The notes: generated from the letters alone by a model not told the origin. A DNA stretch of 64,000 bases from an uncultured Bordetella sp. (GCA_964606765.1 CAZSIR010000001.1:5988-69987); one strand, 5' to 3'. Counted from the stretch's first letter, positions 37,193 to 46,786 are shown. Numbers and translations: made by a program.

Positions 37193-37699
37193 ATGCCCAT
37201 CACCATGTATGCCGCCAGCGCGCCGCGTTTCGTGCACATGCTCAACAACCTTTCCGCCCTGCTCGACAAGGCGCAGGCCCATATCGACGCGAAGAAGCTG
37301 GATCCGGCGGCGCTGACCACGGCAAGGCTGTTTCCCGACATGTTTCATCTCGCGCGCCAGATCCAGGTGTGCTGCGACGTATCCAAGGGCGCAGTGGCGC
37401 GCCTGGGCGGTGTTGAGGTGCCGAAGCACGAAGACACCGAGCAGACCATCGCGGAACTCAAGGCGCGCATCGCCAAGACCATCGCTTTCATCAACACCGT
37501 GCCGCAGGCTGCCATAGACGCCAGCGCCGAGCGCGACATCACCCTGAAACTCGGCAAGCAGGACTACACCTTCAAGGGCATGCAGTACCTGCTCAATTTC
37601 GCGCTGCCGAATTTCCATTTTCATGCCGCGACGGCCTACAACATCCTGCGTCACAACGGGGTGGAACTGATCAAGAAGGATTTCATCGGCAATTTCTAG
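37193..37699 (+). CDS. DUF1993 domain protein
   Basis: FVHMLNNLSALLDKA...RLFPDMF.L..Q......NFHFHAATAYNILRHNGV.LGK.DF is the DUF1993 pattern. Confidence 0.75.
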   Translation: MPITMYAASAPRFVHMLNNLSALLDKAQAHIDAKKLDPAALTTARLFPDMFHLARQIQVCCDVSKGAVARLGGVEVPKHEDTEQTIAELKARIAKTIAFINTVPQAAIDASAERDITLKLGKQDYTFKGMQYLLNFALPNFHFHAATAYNILRHNGVELIKKDFIGNF

Positions 37700-37701
37700 A
37701 A

Positions 37702-39207
37702 ATGCCCGGCATGAGCGCGCCCGCCGTCCCGTACTACACCGAACTGACCCGGGTTTACGCCCGGCTTTACCGCTACAGCCACCTCTCGGCCATCGTCGGC
37801 TGGGACCGCAATGCGATGATGCCGGCCGGCGGCAACGAGGCGCGTGCAGCGGCGGAGGCGGAACTTTCAGCGCTGATCCATCGAACGCGCACCGATCCGC
37901 GGCTGGTGACCTGGCTGAAGGCTGCGCAAGCCGAGTCGCTGGATGACATCGCGCGCGCCAACCTGCGCGAAATCCGCCGCGACTGGCGCGATGCCAATGC
38001 GCTGCCGGAATCACTGGTTGAAGCCAAAACGCTGGCAGGCGCCCGTTGCGAGCACGCCTGGCGCAAACAGCGCGCCGCCAACGACTGGAAGGGTTTCCTC
38101 GAAAACTTCCGTGAAGTGGTGAAGCTGGCGCGGCAGGAAGCGCAGCTGCTGGCGGAGGACACGGGCCTGTCGCGTTACGACGCGCTGATGGACCGTTTTG
38201 AACCCGGCGTGCGCGCGGCTGACATCGATCATATCTTTGGCAATGTCAAACAGTGGCTGCCCGAGCTCATCAACCGCGTACTGGCGAAGCAGGCGGCCGA
38301 GCCGGTCGTCCTTCCCGCGGGGCCGTTTCCGGTGCCGGCGCAGCGCGCCCTTAACCGGGAGGTGATGACGCTGCTCGGTTTTGATTTCACCGCGGGGCGG
38401 CTTGATGAAAGCGCCCATCCCTTCAGCGGCGGCGTGCCGGAGGATGTGCGACTGACCACGCGTTACAGCGAAACTGATTTCACGCGCAGCCTGCTCGGCA
38501 CCATCCACGAAACCGGGCATGCGCGCTATGAGCAGAACCTGCCGCGCGCCTGGCTCGGGCAACCGGTGGGCACCGCGCGCTCCTATGGCCTGCATGAAAG
38601 CCAAAGCCTCTCTTTCGAAATGCAGCTCGCACGCGGCCGCGCTTTTGCCGGCCTGCTGGCGCCGCTGCTGAAAAAAAATTTTGGCGACCAGCCGGCATTT
38701 GAGCCCGGCAACCTGCATCTTCTGTGGACGCGCGTGAAACGCGGCTTCATCCGTGTCGATGCCGACGAGGCGACCTATCCCGCCCATGTCATCCTGCGCT
38801 ACGAAATCGAGCGCGCGCTGGTGGAGGGCGACATCGAGGCCGAAGACATTCCGGCGCTGTGGGACGAAAAAATGCAGGCCCTGCTCGGGCTGGATACCCG
38901 CGGCAACTACAGGGACGGCTGTTTGCAGGACGTGCACTGGACTGAAGGCGCATTCGGTTATTTTCCCAGCTACACCCTGGGCGCCATGTACGCCGCTCAG
39001 TGGTTTGCGACGATGCGGCAGAAGATGCCCGATCTGGATGCGCGCATCGCCGCGGGCGACCTCGGCGCCGTGTTCCGGTGGCTGGAAGACAACATCTGGT
39101 CACAGGCCAGCCTGTGGGAAACGCCGGAACTGGTGCGCCGCGCCAGCGGCGAAGCCCTGAATCCGCAGCATTTCCGCAAACATCTGGAAACGCGCTACCT
39201 CGGCTGA
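37702..39207 (+). CDS. M32 family carboxypeptidase (Taq-type)
   Basis: HETGHARYEQ (HExxH), HESQS, DEATYPAHVILRYEIE and VHW..G.FGYFP.Y.LG. Confidence 0.9.
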   Translation: MPGMSAPAVPYYTELTRVYARLYRYSHLSAIVGWDRNAMMPAGGNEARAAAEAELSALIHRTRTDPRLVTWLKAAQAESLDDIARANLREIRRDWRDANALPESLVEAKTLAGARCEHAWRKQRAANDWKGFLENFREVVKLARQEAQLLAEDTGLSRYDALMDRFEPGVRAADIDHIFGNVKQWLPELINRVLAKQAAEPVVLPAGPFPVPAQRALNREVMTLLGFDFTAGRLDESAHPFSGGVPEDVRLTTRYSETDFTRSLLGTIHETGHARYEQNLPRAWLGQPVGTARSYGLHESQSLSFEMQLARGRAFAGLLAPLLKKNFGDQPAFEPGNLHLLWTRVKRGFIRVDADEATYPAHVILRYEIERALVEGDIEAEDIPALWDEKMQALLGLDTRGNYRDGCLQDVHWTEGAFGYFPSYTLGAMYAAQWFATMRQKMPDLDARIAAGDLGAVFRWLEDNIWSQASLWETPELVRRASGEALNPQHFRKHLETRYLG

Positions 39208-39236
39208 TCCGGACCGGCCGGGCTTCAGCACCACGA

Positions 39237-39261
39237 AACGGGATCCTGTGATCCCGTTTTT
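39237..39261 (+). terminator. Rho-independent terminator
   Basis: aacgggatc-ctgt-gatcccgtt followed by TTTTT. Confidence 0.75.
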
Positions 39262-39406
39262 CATGGGCGCGCACGTTACCGCAGCTTACGTTTGTAACGA
39301 TTGTTTACACATCCATCCGGAACGGCAACTGCAATCACCCGCTCTCATGAACAGAGCCGCCCATGTCGGGCGGACAGAACATTGTTCAAACACTCTGGAG
39401 GTCCAA

Positions 39407-39934
39407 ATGAACAAGAGAATGATGACTGCATTGATTGCCGCCGGATTTGTCACAGCCGCACCGCTGAGCATGGCGCAAACCGCCAGCCCGGCCCCCGGGA
39501 CGCCCCATGGTCACCACGCGCAGCGCTTTCACCAGGGCAAGCAGGCATTCAGCCTGCCGAGCGAGCGCGCGGAAGCGCGTCTTGCGTACGTCAAGACGGC
39601 GCTGAAAATCACCGATGCACAGCAGGCGCAATGGGAGGCTTATGCCGGCGTGGTGCGCAAGCAGGCAAAGGAGGCTGATGCGCGGATGCAGGCGCATCGC
39701 GCAAAAATGACGGCCGGTGCCGAACGCAAACGCCCCAACGCCATTGAGCGGCTGGAGCGCCAGCAGGCCTTCATGGCCGCGGCTTCGGTGCGCATCGGTG
39801 AGCGCCTCGCCGTGCAGAAACCGCTTTACGCCGCGCTGTCGGCGGAACAGCAGCAGATTGCCGACAAGGTCCTGGCGAGCCGCGGCGGCAAACGCGGCGG
39901 TCATGGCCGGCATGGCGGTTTCGGCAGGGCGTAA
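39407..39934 (+). CDS. Periplasmic Spy/CpxP-like (LTXXQ-type) helical protein
   Basis: A signal peptide is followed by LKITDAQQAQWEAY and LSAEQQQIADKVL repeats and a basic GGKRGGHGRHGG tail. RBS ggagg. Confidence 0.65.
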   Translation: MNKRMMTALIAAGFVTAAPLSMAQTASPAPGTPHGHHAQRFHQGKQAFSLPSERAEARLAYVKTALKITDAQQAQWEAYAGVVRKQAKEADARMQAHRAKMTAGAERKRPNAIERLERQQAFMAAASVRIGERLAVQKPLYAALSAEQQQIADKVLASRGGKRGGHGRHGGFGRA

Positions 39935-39958
39935 ACACTGTCGCCGTGCGGCAACACA

Positions 39959-39989
39959 AACGGGGACAGCCCAGGCTGTCCCCGTTTTT
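39959..39989 (+). terminator. Rho-independent terminator
   Basis: aacggggacagc-ccag-gctgtccccgtt followed by TTTTT. Confidence 0.8.
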
Positions 39990-40131
39990 ATTGCAGATCT
40001 GCAGCCTTTACCCGGACTGTTAACAAACTCTTACAAAATCCTGCGCGACAGCGCCTGGCGCCGCAGGTCCAATAGGCACAAGAAACGAACATGGAATGAA
40101 CAAGGGCAACAACGGCAAGGAGGACATGCAG

Positions 40132-40374
40132 ATGAACGCTTCAATCAAAGTACTCGCTGCGGCAGGCACACTCGCTGCGCTGAGCGGTTGCGTGGCGGTT
40201 CCCGTCGTCGATGCCGGCTATTACGAGCCCGCACCCGCCGTGGTGCATGTGCCGCCGCCCCTGGTCTACGGGCCGCGGTTTTATTACGGCCCCCCGGCCT
40301 ATTACGGCCCCTCGGTCCGCTTCGGTGTTTACGGCGGCCGCGGCCATTACCACGGCGGGCGGCGTTGGCGCTGA
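40132..40374 (+). CDS. Small Tyr/Pro/Gly-rich lipoprotein, hypothetical
   Basis: Lipobox LAALSGC, then YYEPAP..PPPLVYGPRFYYGPPAYYGP. RBS aggagg lies 8 nt upstream. Confidence 0.6.
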   Translation: MNASIKVLAAAGTLAALSGCVAVPVVDAGYYEPAPAVVHVPPPLVYGPRFYYGPPAYYGPSVRFGVYGGRGHYHGGRRWR

Positions 40375-40414
40375 TGCGTCATCGCCCGGCCGTTGATTGC
40401 AGAGGAGGATAAAA

Positions 40415-41434
40415 ATGCGCAAGGCACTCATTGCATTGTCAGCACTGTCGCTGCTGGCGGGCTCGGCTGTACCGGCCATGGCCCAGGTCGGGGTCACCAT
40501 TTCGATTCCCGGCGTCAGCATCGGCATTCACCAGCCGGCCTATCCGGAACTCGTGCTGGTCCCCGGTTATCCGGTGTATTACGCGCCGCATGTGCCGGCC
40601 AACTACTTTTTTTATGACGGCCTGTACTGGGTGTACCAGAACGATCGCTGGTATGCGAGTTCCTGGTACAACGGCCCCTGGGATCTGATCGATCCCGATG
40701 ATGTGCCGCTGTTCGTGCTGCGGGTGCCGGTGGGTTACTACCTGCACCCCCCCGTGTATTTCAGCGGCTGGGTGGTTACTGCGCCGCCGCGCTGGGATCT
40801 GTATTGGGGGCCGCGCTGGGCGCAGCATCGCCACGGCTGGAATCACTGGGACCATCACGCGATTCCCGCGCCAGCGCCCCTGCCGGCCTACCAGCGCGAC
40901 TATGCCGGCGAGCGGTATCCGCGGCCCGATTACCAGCGTGTGATCCGCAGCGAACACTATCGCTACCAGTCACGGGACAACATGGTGCGCCGCCATGAGC
41001 CGGGACCGCAGCGCCAGCACGAGCGCGAGGAGCCGCGCCGTTCCGAGGCGATGCAGGTATTGCCGGCACAGCGCACAGCAGTGGCGCAGGAGCAGCGTCC
41101 CCAGCCGCGCCAGCAACCGGAATACCGGGCACAGCCTGAAGTCCGGCCGCAACGGGATGACCAGCACGCACAGACGCCGCGCCGCGAGCATCGCGAACGG
41201 GAGCAGGCGCCGCGTGCGGAAGGAATGCAGGTGCTGCCGCAGCAACGCGCCGAAATCCTGCAGCAGCGGCAACAGCAGCAGGAGCGGCAGCCGATGCAGC
41301 AGCGCCAGGAACAAACCCCGCGCGCGCAGCAGGCGCCAAGGCCGCAGCAGGCGGGCCGCGGCCCGTCGCCCCGCGCCGAAGCACAGCCGTTCCGCGGCAA
41401 CGGCGAACGGCGCGGGGGACAGGGCCGGCAGTAG
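40415..41434 (+). CDS. Secreted aromatic-rich protein with Gln/Arg-rich repetitive tail, hypothetical
   Basis: Signal peptide ...AVPAMAQ, then a W/Y-rich domain (YFFYDGLYWVYQNDRWYASSWYNGPW). The tail contains two related units (RSEAMQVLPAQR / RAEGMQVLPQQR). RBS gaggagg. Confidence 0.65.
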   Translation: MRKALIALSALSLLAGSAVPAMAQVGVTISIPGVSIGIHQPAYPELVLVPGYPVYYAPHVPANYFFYDGLYWVYQNDRWYASSWYNGPWDLIDPDDVPLFVLRVPVGYYLHPPVYFSGWVVTAPPRWDLYWGPRWAQHRHGWNHWDHHAIPAPAPLPAYQRDYAGERYPRPDYQRVIRSEHYRYQSRDNMVRRHEPGPQRQHEREEPRRSEAMQVLPAQRTAVAQEQRPQPRQQPEYRAQPEVRPQRDDQHAQTPRREHREREQAPRAEGMQVLPQQRAEILQQRQQQQERQPMQQRQEQTPRAQQAPRPQQAGRGPSPRAEAQPFRGNGERRGGQGRQ

Positions 41435-41515
41435 TCGGGCGGCGTTGGCCTTGAGGGCGAGGCGCGTTAAGATTCATGCCTCGTGCCGGACCACCCGGCA
41501 CCCTCAGGAGGCTGC

Positions 41516-41734
41516 ATGGAAACCCTCTACAAGTGGCGCGTGCAGGAAAAAGACCGGCTTGGCCGGCTGCGCTGGCGCATCGTCAAGTCACCGATGAGCG
41601 AAGACACGGCGCGTTTCTGGGCCGCGAACAACAACAGGATCATCGAGCGCGTTGATCTGCCGGTGACCGGACAGCAGGGATCGCCGGTGATGACGGAAGC
41701 CGCCGGCTGGTTGACGGCGACGCGGCGGAACTAG
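41516..41734 (+). CDS. Small hypothetical protein
   Basis: 72 aa with ATG preceded by aggagg. No recognisable family. Confidence 0.4.
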   Translation: METLYKWRVQEKDRLGRLRWRIVKSPMSEDTARFWAANNNRIIERVDLPVTGQQGSPVMTEAAGWLTATRRN

Positions 41735-41789
41735 CGTTGCATCAACGACGTTGCGGAAATGACCGCCCGGACTCAGGCGGCCGGACTCC

Positions 41790-42740
41790 ATGAGGGATGA
41801 TCTGCGGAGAATCCTGGTCGCAGGCGGGTTGCTGGCGGCGATTGCTGCCGTGGTTCCGGCCTTTGCACAGAACGCGCCCGTCAAGCCGGCGCCGGAACTG
41901 CCCGGCAGCCCGGCGCTGCGTGAAGAACTCACGGTACAGGGGAAAATCTATCAAAGCCGGGGCGAGGTGCTGCCTGTCGAATATGTCATCGATCGTTCGC
42001 TGATCTCGTACTCCATTTCACTGTTGCCCGGATTTGACCGTTCGCTGGCCGAACTCGGCCCCGGAGACCGTTGGCTGGATATCGGTGCCGGTGAAGGCCA
42101 GGCGGTGCTGGATTATTACGGCGCGCGATACGATGCCATGCACCGCGAAGGCCAGGACCGGCGTGGCAGCAAGGCGCAGGCCGTGGCTGTTTCCATCGAA
42201 GACCGGCGCACGGACGAATGGCATCAGACGGCGGGGGCCCTGGAGCCGGGAAAAATAAAATACCTGTTCGGCAAGCCGCTGCGCCGCTACACGGCGGAGG
42301 AATTGGGCAGATTCAATCTGGCAAGCGATGTTTACGGCGGGTTTTCGTACACCCCCAATCTTTCCGGATTCATGGAGAAGGTGCTCTCGAGCCTGCAGCT
42401 GAACGGCAGTTTTTACACGCTGCTGATAGACGTCCATCCGGAGAACTGGATCAACAACAAGCCGGCGAGCCCGCGCTCCGGATTCCAGACCGAAATCATC
42501 CATGCCGACGGTTCCGAAATGAAAGTCTGCGCCTGGCTCAGGCGCATCAGCTGCGTGCAGGTGACCTGCGAGCAGGAGGCGAAATGGGATACGCCGATCG
42601 AGCGTTACCAGATCCGCAAAACCTGTGACGAGGTCAGTGTGCCGGCGCTCACCCCGGTGTATTTCAGGGCCGGCACCCCGCCGGCGCGGCAATTCCGTAT
42701 CGGCGCATCTTCAGCCGGCCCGGGCAGCGCAGCGCGCTGA
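41790..42740 (+). CDS. Signal-peptide-bearing protein with class I SAM-methyltransferase-like motif, hypothetical
   Basis: The N-terminal ILVAGGLLAAIAAVVPAFAQ looks like a signal peptide. RWLDIGAGEGQAVLDY resembles methyltransferase motif I. Confidence 0.55.
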   Translation: MRDDLRRILVAGGLLAAIAAVVPAFAQNAPVKPAPELPGSPALREELTVQGKIYQSRGEVLPVEYVIDRSLISYSISLLPGFDRSLAELGPGDRWLDIGAGEGQAVLDYYGARYDAMHREGQDRRGSKAQAVAVSIEDRRTDEWHQTAGALEPGKIKYLFGKPLRRYTAEELGRFNLASDVYGGFSYTPNLSGFMEKVLSSLQLNGSFYTLLIDVHPENWINNKPASPRSGFQTEIIHADGSEMKVCAWLRRISCVQVTCEQEAKWDTPIERYQIRKTCDEVSVPALTPVYFRAGTPPARQFRIGASSAGPGSAAR

Positions 42741-42753
42741 GCGGGCGGCCATC

Positions 42754-43719
42754 TCATTTTTTCTGCGGGTCCACGAAGCGGCCCTGCGCGATGCCCTCTG
42801 CGTAGCTGGCCCAGGCGTAGTCGAGCTTTTGCGTCGCGGCCAGGCTGAAAGCGGCCGAGGTCAGGGCGCTGACAAAAGTCATCTGCAGCGCTTCACTGAC
42901 GTCCGGATCGACGCCGGCATTCTGCAGCGCGGTTTCCGAGGGGTACTGGGCGTCTTCATGCGTGGCGCCCTTGATCGAAATTTCCGCGGCATCGCTGCGC
43001 AGGTACTGAAAAAAATACTCGCGATAGCGCACCGGGGAAAGCTCCTCGTCGGCGGCCAGCAGCATCACGGGTTTGCGGATCTTCTGCAGGAAGTCGGGCG
43101 CGGCGTTGCCGAACAGCGCGGCATCAAGCAGTATGCCGCCCGCGACCGGGATGCCCTGCGCCATCGCCACGGTCACGGCATAGGCGCCGAAGGAGTGGCC
43201 GACGAGGATGATGCGGTTTGCGTCGATCCGGCTGTCGAGCACGGCCGGCGAGCGGTGGATGAAATTGACAATGCGTGCGAGCATTCTGCCGTTTGCATCC
43301 CAGGGTCCGGTTTTGGGCAGTTGCAATGCCATGGCATGCATGCCCCAGGACGCCACATGCAGCGCCTGCCTGGCATGGGCTTCCTTGGATACTTCATGAC
43401 CATGCAGGAAAATCACCAGCGGCGCTTTTTCCGCCGGTGATGCCAGATAGAGGTCCGCCCGGACGCGTTCCTTCACCGCCGGCCGCAGTTCGCGGTTCTT
43501 GCGCACGCTCACCTCGAACGGACCTTGCGCGCGGAGCTGCTCCAGACCGGGATTCTTCTCCAGCAGCCGTTGCTGCAGTTCACTGAAAGTCCGGGGCTCG
43601 GCTGCCGTCGCGGCCGCCAGCGGCAGCAAGGCGATGATGCAGGACAGCGTGCATCTGAAAAGAGTCGTGAACCGGGTCACAGATGACTTCCGTAAGGGTA
43701 ATAATGCATCAAGGCACAT
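42754..43719 (-). CDS. Alpha/beta hydrolase (secreted; dienelactone hydrolase/PAF-acetylhydrolase-like)
   Basis: PLVIFLHGH and the nucleophile elbow LVGHSFGA, plus an N-terminal signal-like segment. The start is uncertain (43719 ATG or 43680 GTG). Confidence 0.7.
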   Translation of the reverse strand: MCLDALLPLRKSSVTRFTTLFRCTLSCIIALLPLAAATAAEPRTFSELQQRLLEKNPGLEQLRAQGPFEVSVRKNRELRPAVKERVRADLYLASPAEKAPLVIFLHGHEVSKEAHARQALHVASWGMHAMALQLPKTGPWDANGRMLARIVNFIHRSPAVLDSRIDANRIILVGHSFGAYAVTVAMAQGIPVAGGILLDAALFGNAAPDFLQKIRKPVMLLAADEELSPVRYREYFFQYLRSDAAEISIKGATHEDAQYPSETALQNAGVDPDVSEALQMTFVSALTSAAFSLAATQKLDYAWASYAEGIAQGRFVDPQKK

Positions 43720-43910
43720 CCGGACGAAGCGATGTCTATACTAAACCACAGGCATGAGGGTTGTGGCCGGGAAAATCGGCGGGCATGGATGCAGGCAAAA
43801 TCATCCTGCCTGTGTCAGCGTCGATGCGTTGCGCGCCGGACCGGCGCCTCGCTTGTGAGCAGCATGAACCGGCATGAACCAATCCGTCTGTCCGTCATCG
43901 AGGATCGTGA

Positions 43911-44636
43911 ATGAAACCCGTCAAGTCCTACCGCAACCCGAAGTTCATGAACAGTCCGGATGCGCGCGCCTTGCGCATTCTTGCCGAATATCTTGAACCG
44001 AAAAGCCGGCTCGACGCCGAAGGCGTGGAGGACACCATCACCTTTTTCGGTTCGGCGCGCTTTGAACCGGGCTCGAAATGGTATGAAGCGGCGCGGGCGC
44101 TCGCGTTCCGCCTGACCGAGTGGTCGAAGGGGCTGGGCAGGGAGGGTCAGCGCCGCTTTGTGGTGTGCACCGGCGGCGGGCCGGGCATCATGGAAGCGGC
44201 CAATCGCGGCGCCTCGGATGCGCGCGGACGCAATGTCGGCCTGACGATTTCGCTGCCGCATGAGGAAGCGGTCAACAAGCATGTCACGCGCGAACTGGCG
44301 CTGCATTTCCACTATTTTTTCATGCGCAAATTCTGGCTCGCCTACATGGCCAAGGCCGTCATCGTGTTTCCCGGCGGTTACGGCACGCTGGACGAGCTGT
44401 TTGAACTGCTGACGCTGGTGCAGACGAAGCGCATGACCAAACGCATGCCGATTGTGCTGTTCGGCACTGAATACTGGCGGGAGATCATCAATTTCGAAGC
44501 CCTGGCGCGTCATGGCACCATAGATGCCGCGGACATCGATCTGATGTATCGCACGGATTCGGTGGACGATGCCTTTGAGTGGCTGGTGCGCCAGCTGACG
44601 GCCGAGGCGATCGGCAAACCGGGGCCGATGTTGTAA
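43911..44636 (+). CDS. LOG family / TIGR00730 Rossmann-fold nucleotide-binding protein
   Basis: GGGPGIMEAANRGA and FPGGYGTLDELFE (PGGxGTxxE) are LOG hallmarks. Confidence 0.85.
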   Translation: MKPVKSYRNPKFMNSPDARALRILAEYLEPKSRLDAEGVEDTITFFGSARFEPGSKWYEAARALAFRLTEWSKGLGREGQRRFVVCTGGGPGIMEAANRGASDARGRNVGLTISLPHEEAVNKHVTRELALHFHYFFMRKFWLAYMAKAVIVFPGGYGTLDELFELLTLVQTKRMTKRMPIVLFGTEYWREIINFEALARHGTIDAADIDLMYRTDSVDDAFEWLVRQLTAEAIGKPGPML

Positions 44637-44674
44637 TAAAATAAATCAATAAAATCATATTGTTACGAATAAAC
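44634..44674 (+). repeat. AT-rich dispersed element, copy E (core AATCATATTGTTA at 44653..44665)
   Basis: taataaaataaatcaataaaatcatattgttacgaataaac overlaps the TAA stop of the LOG gene. Confidence 0.8.
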
Positions 44675-44757
44675 CGGGGGAGAAAGGCCATGCTGTACCG
44701 TCTTGCCATAAGGTTCGCACCCTTTCGGTTTCGCGCTTTCAGGCAGGAAAATCCGTC

Positions 44758-45930
44758 ATGAAAATCCGCAGACCTGTCGTCCTGCTTGTTGGCGGAATGC
44801 TGCTGGCCGCCGTTGCCGCCGCAACCAGCGATGTGTTTCGTGCGCCGCTGAAATTGCGCGACGTCAGCGCCGATGGCTGGCGTACGCCATTCACCGGCGT
44901 CACCCGTGACGGCAAGGCGGTTCCGGACCTGTTCCGGGTGGCGCAGACCGGCGTCAGCACGGCGCCTGTGCAGCAGGCCGCCGCCGCATTTCTGGCCAGT
45001 CTCGATGCGGCCCAGCGCCGGAAGATCCTGTTTCCAGTCGATGACGAGGAATGGCGGCGCTGGGACAACCGTCACTTCGCCACCCGGCAGGGCATCGGTT
45101 TTTTCGAAATGAGCGCGGCGCAGCGCGCGCTGGCCCTGGAACTGATGCGCGCGAGCCTGAGCGCGAAAGGGCTCCAGCAGACCCGGGACGTGATGAATCT
45201 CAACGGCACGCTGGGTGAACTGACCGGCAACCTGGAGGAATACAGCGAGTGGTTTTACTGGATCAGCATCATGGGTGAACCCTCGGGCACTGCGCCCTGG
45301 GGCTGGCAGTTCGACGGCCACCACGCCATCATCAATTATTTTGTCCTCGGTGATCAGGTGGTGATGACGCCGGTGTTCATGGGATCGGAGCCGGTCAGGG
45401 CCGACAGCGGCCGCTTCAAGGGCACTGTGGTGCTGCAGGCCGAACAGGATCGGGGGCTTGCGCTGATGCATGCACTCGATGCCGGGCAGCAGGCACAGGC
45501 GCGCATCCGCAGGGACAAGGCCGGTGAAGACCTGCTCAGCGCGGCCTACAAGGACAACCTTGTGCTCGACTATGCCGGCCTGCGTGCAAATGCCATGAGC
45601 GATGCGCAGAAAACGCAGCTTCTGGCGGTGATTGCCGAATACGTCAACAACATGAAGGAAGGACATGCCAGGGTAAGGATGTCGGAAGTGCGCAGGCATC
45701 TCGACGACACCTACTTCGGCTGGATCGGCGAAACGGCGGCGGACGGGGTGTTCTATTACCGCATCCACAGCCCGGTGATCCTGATCGAATTCGACCACCA
45801 GCGGCCGATCGCGCTGGCCCGGTCGGACACGCCCACCCGCAATCACATCCACACCGTCGTGCGCACGCCCAATGGCAATGATTACGGCAAGGACCTGCTG
45901 CGGCAACATCACGCAAAGCACAAACACTGA
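44758..45930 (+). CDS. DUF3500 domain protein (secreted)
   Basis: Signal peptide, then W.W.FDGHH..IN.F and EFDHQ patterns typical of DUF3500. Confidence 0.75.
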   Translation: MKIRRPVVLLVGGMLLAAVAAATSDVFRAPLKLRDVSADGWRTPFTGVTRDGKAVPDLFRVAQTGVSTAPVQQAAAAFLASLDAAQRRKILFPVDDEEWRRWDNRHFATRQGIGFFEMSAAQRALALELMRASLSAKGLQQTRDVMNLNGTLGELTGNLEEYSEWFYWISIMGEPSGTAPWGWQFDGHHAIINYFVLGDQVVMTPVFMGSEPVRADSGRFKGTVVLQAEQDRGLALMHALDAGQQAQARIRRDKAGEDLLSAAYKDNLVLDYAGLRANAMSDAQKTQLLAVIAEYVNNMKEGHARVRMSEVRRHLDDTYFGWIGETAADGVFYYRIHSPVILIEFDHQRPIALARSDTPTRNHIHTVVRTPNGNDYGKDLLRQHHAKHKH

Positions 45931-45981
45931 GCGATACAGCAATCCGTCTACAATCCAGACCTGTCAAACAAGGAAAACCGC

Positions 45982-46722
45982 ATGGCCCTCATCGAACAAT
46001 ACGTCACCGTCACCACCAAACACGGCAAGTGCCCCGCCTTCGCCGCCTGCCCTGACGAACCGGGCCGGTTTCCCGGCATCATTTTTTACATGGACGCGCC
46101 GGGTTTCCGCGAAGAACTGTGCAACATGGCGCGTCGCATCGCCAAGCACGGCTATTTCTGCCTCTTGCCCGACATGTATTACCGGCTCGGCACCTGCCGC
46201 TTCGACGTTCCGCGGCGCAACGATGCGATGTCGGCGGTGATCAAGGCGGCGATGAACAGCCTTTCACTGGCCGACGTCAACGATGACACCGGCGCCTTCA
46301 TCGGCTGGCTCGATGCGCAGGACAAGGTTGCCGAGGGCGCGGTCGGATGCGTCGGGCACTGCATGAGCGGGCGTTACATCACCACCGCGGCGGCGCGGTA
46401 TCCGCGCATGAAGGCGGCGGCCTCGCTGTATGGCGTCGGCATCGTCACCGACAAGGAAGATTCCCCGCACCTGCTGCTCGACCAGATCAAGGGCGAGCTG
46501 TACTACGCCTTTGCCGAAACCGACGGCTCGGTGCCGGCGCAGGCGGTGACCGACCTTGCCGCCGCCCTGAAAAAGGCCGGCACCAAACACCAGATCGAGA
46601 CCCTGCCCGGCACGCAGCACGGTTTCTGTTTTGCCGAGCGCGCGGTGTACCACCCGGTCGCTTCGGAACACAGCTGGACCCGGATATTTGATCTCTGGGA
46701 CCGCAATCTGAAAAAGGGCTGA
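45982..46722 (+). CDS. Dienelactone hydrolase family protein
   Basis: PGIIFYMDAPG, the nucleophile context VGHCMSGRY and a C-terminal GTQHGF. Confidence 0.8.
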   Translation: MALIEQYVTVTTKHGKCPAFAACPDEPGRFPGIIFYMDAPGFREELCNMARRIAKHGYFCLLPDMYYRLGTCRFDVPRRNDAMSAVIKAAMNSLSLADVNDDTGAFIGWLDAQDKVAEGAVGCVGHCMSGRYITTAAARYPRMKAAASLYGVGIVTDKEDSPHLLLDQIKGELYYAFAETDGSVPAQAVTDLAAALKKAGTKHQIETLPGTQHGFCFAERAVYHPVASEHSWTRIFDLWDRNLKKG

Positions 46723-46751
46723 TCCGCGCCGGATCAGGCACTGCAACAAGA

Positions 46752-46786
46752 ACGGGGCGGCACGCCTGGTGTGCCGCCCCGTTTTT
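46752..46786 (+). terminator. Rho-independent terminator between convergent genes
   Basis: acggggcggcac ... gtgccgccccgt (12-bp stem) followed by TTTTT. Confidence 0.85.

Noticed and set aside
40776-41501. Several minus- and plus-strand alternative ORFs over the Gln/Arg-rich tail region (for example 40776..41501 and 40995..41597)
   Set aside because: They arise from repetitive CAG/CGC-rich DNA that is open in many frames. Only the 40415..41434 frame has a signal peptide, an RBS and a structured N-terminal domain.
44488-45942. 484-aa minus-strand ORF opposite the DUF3500 gene
   Set aside because: It is a shadow ORF crossing the AT-rich element and an intergenic region. The plus-strand DUF3500 frame has a signal peptide and family motifs.
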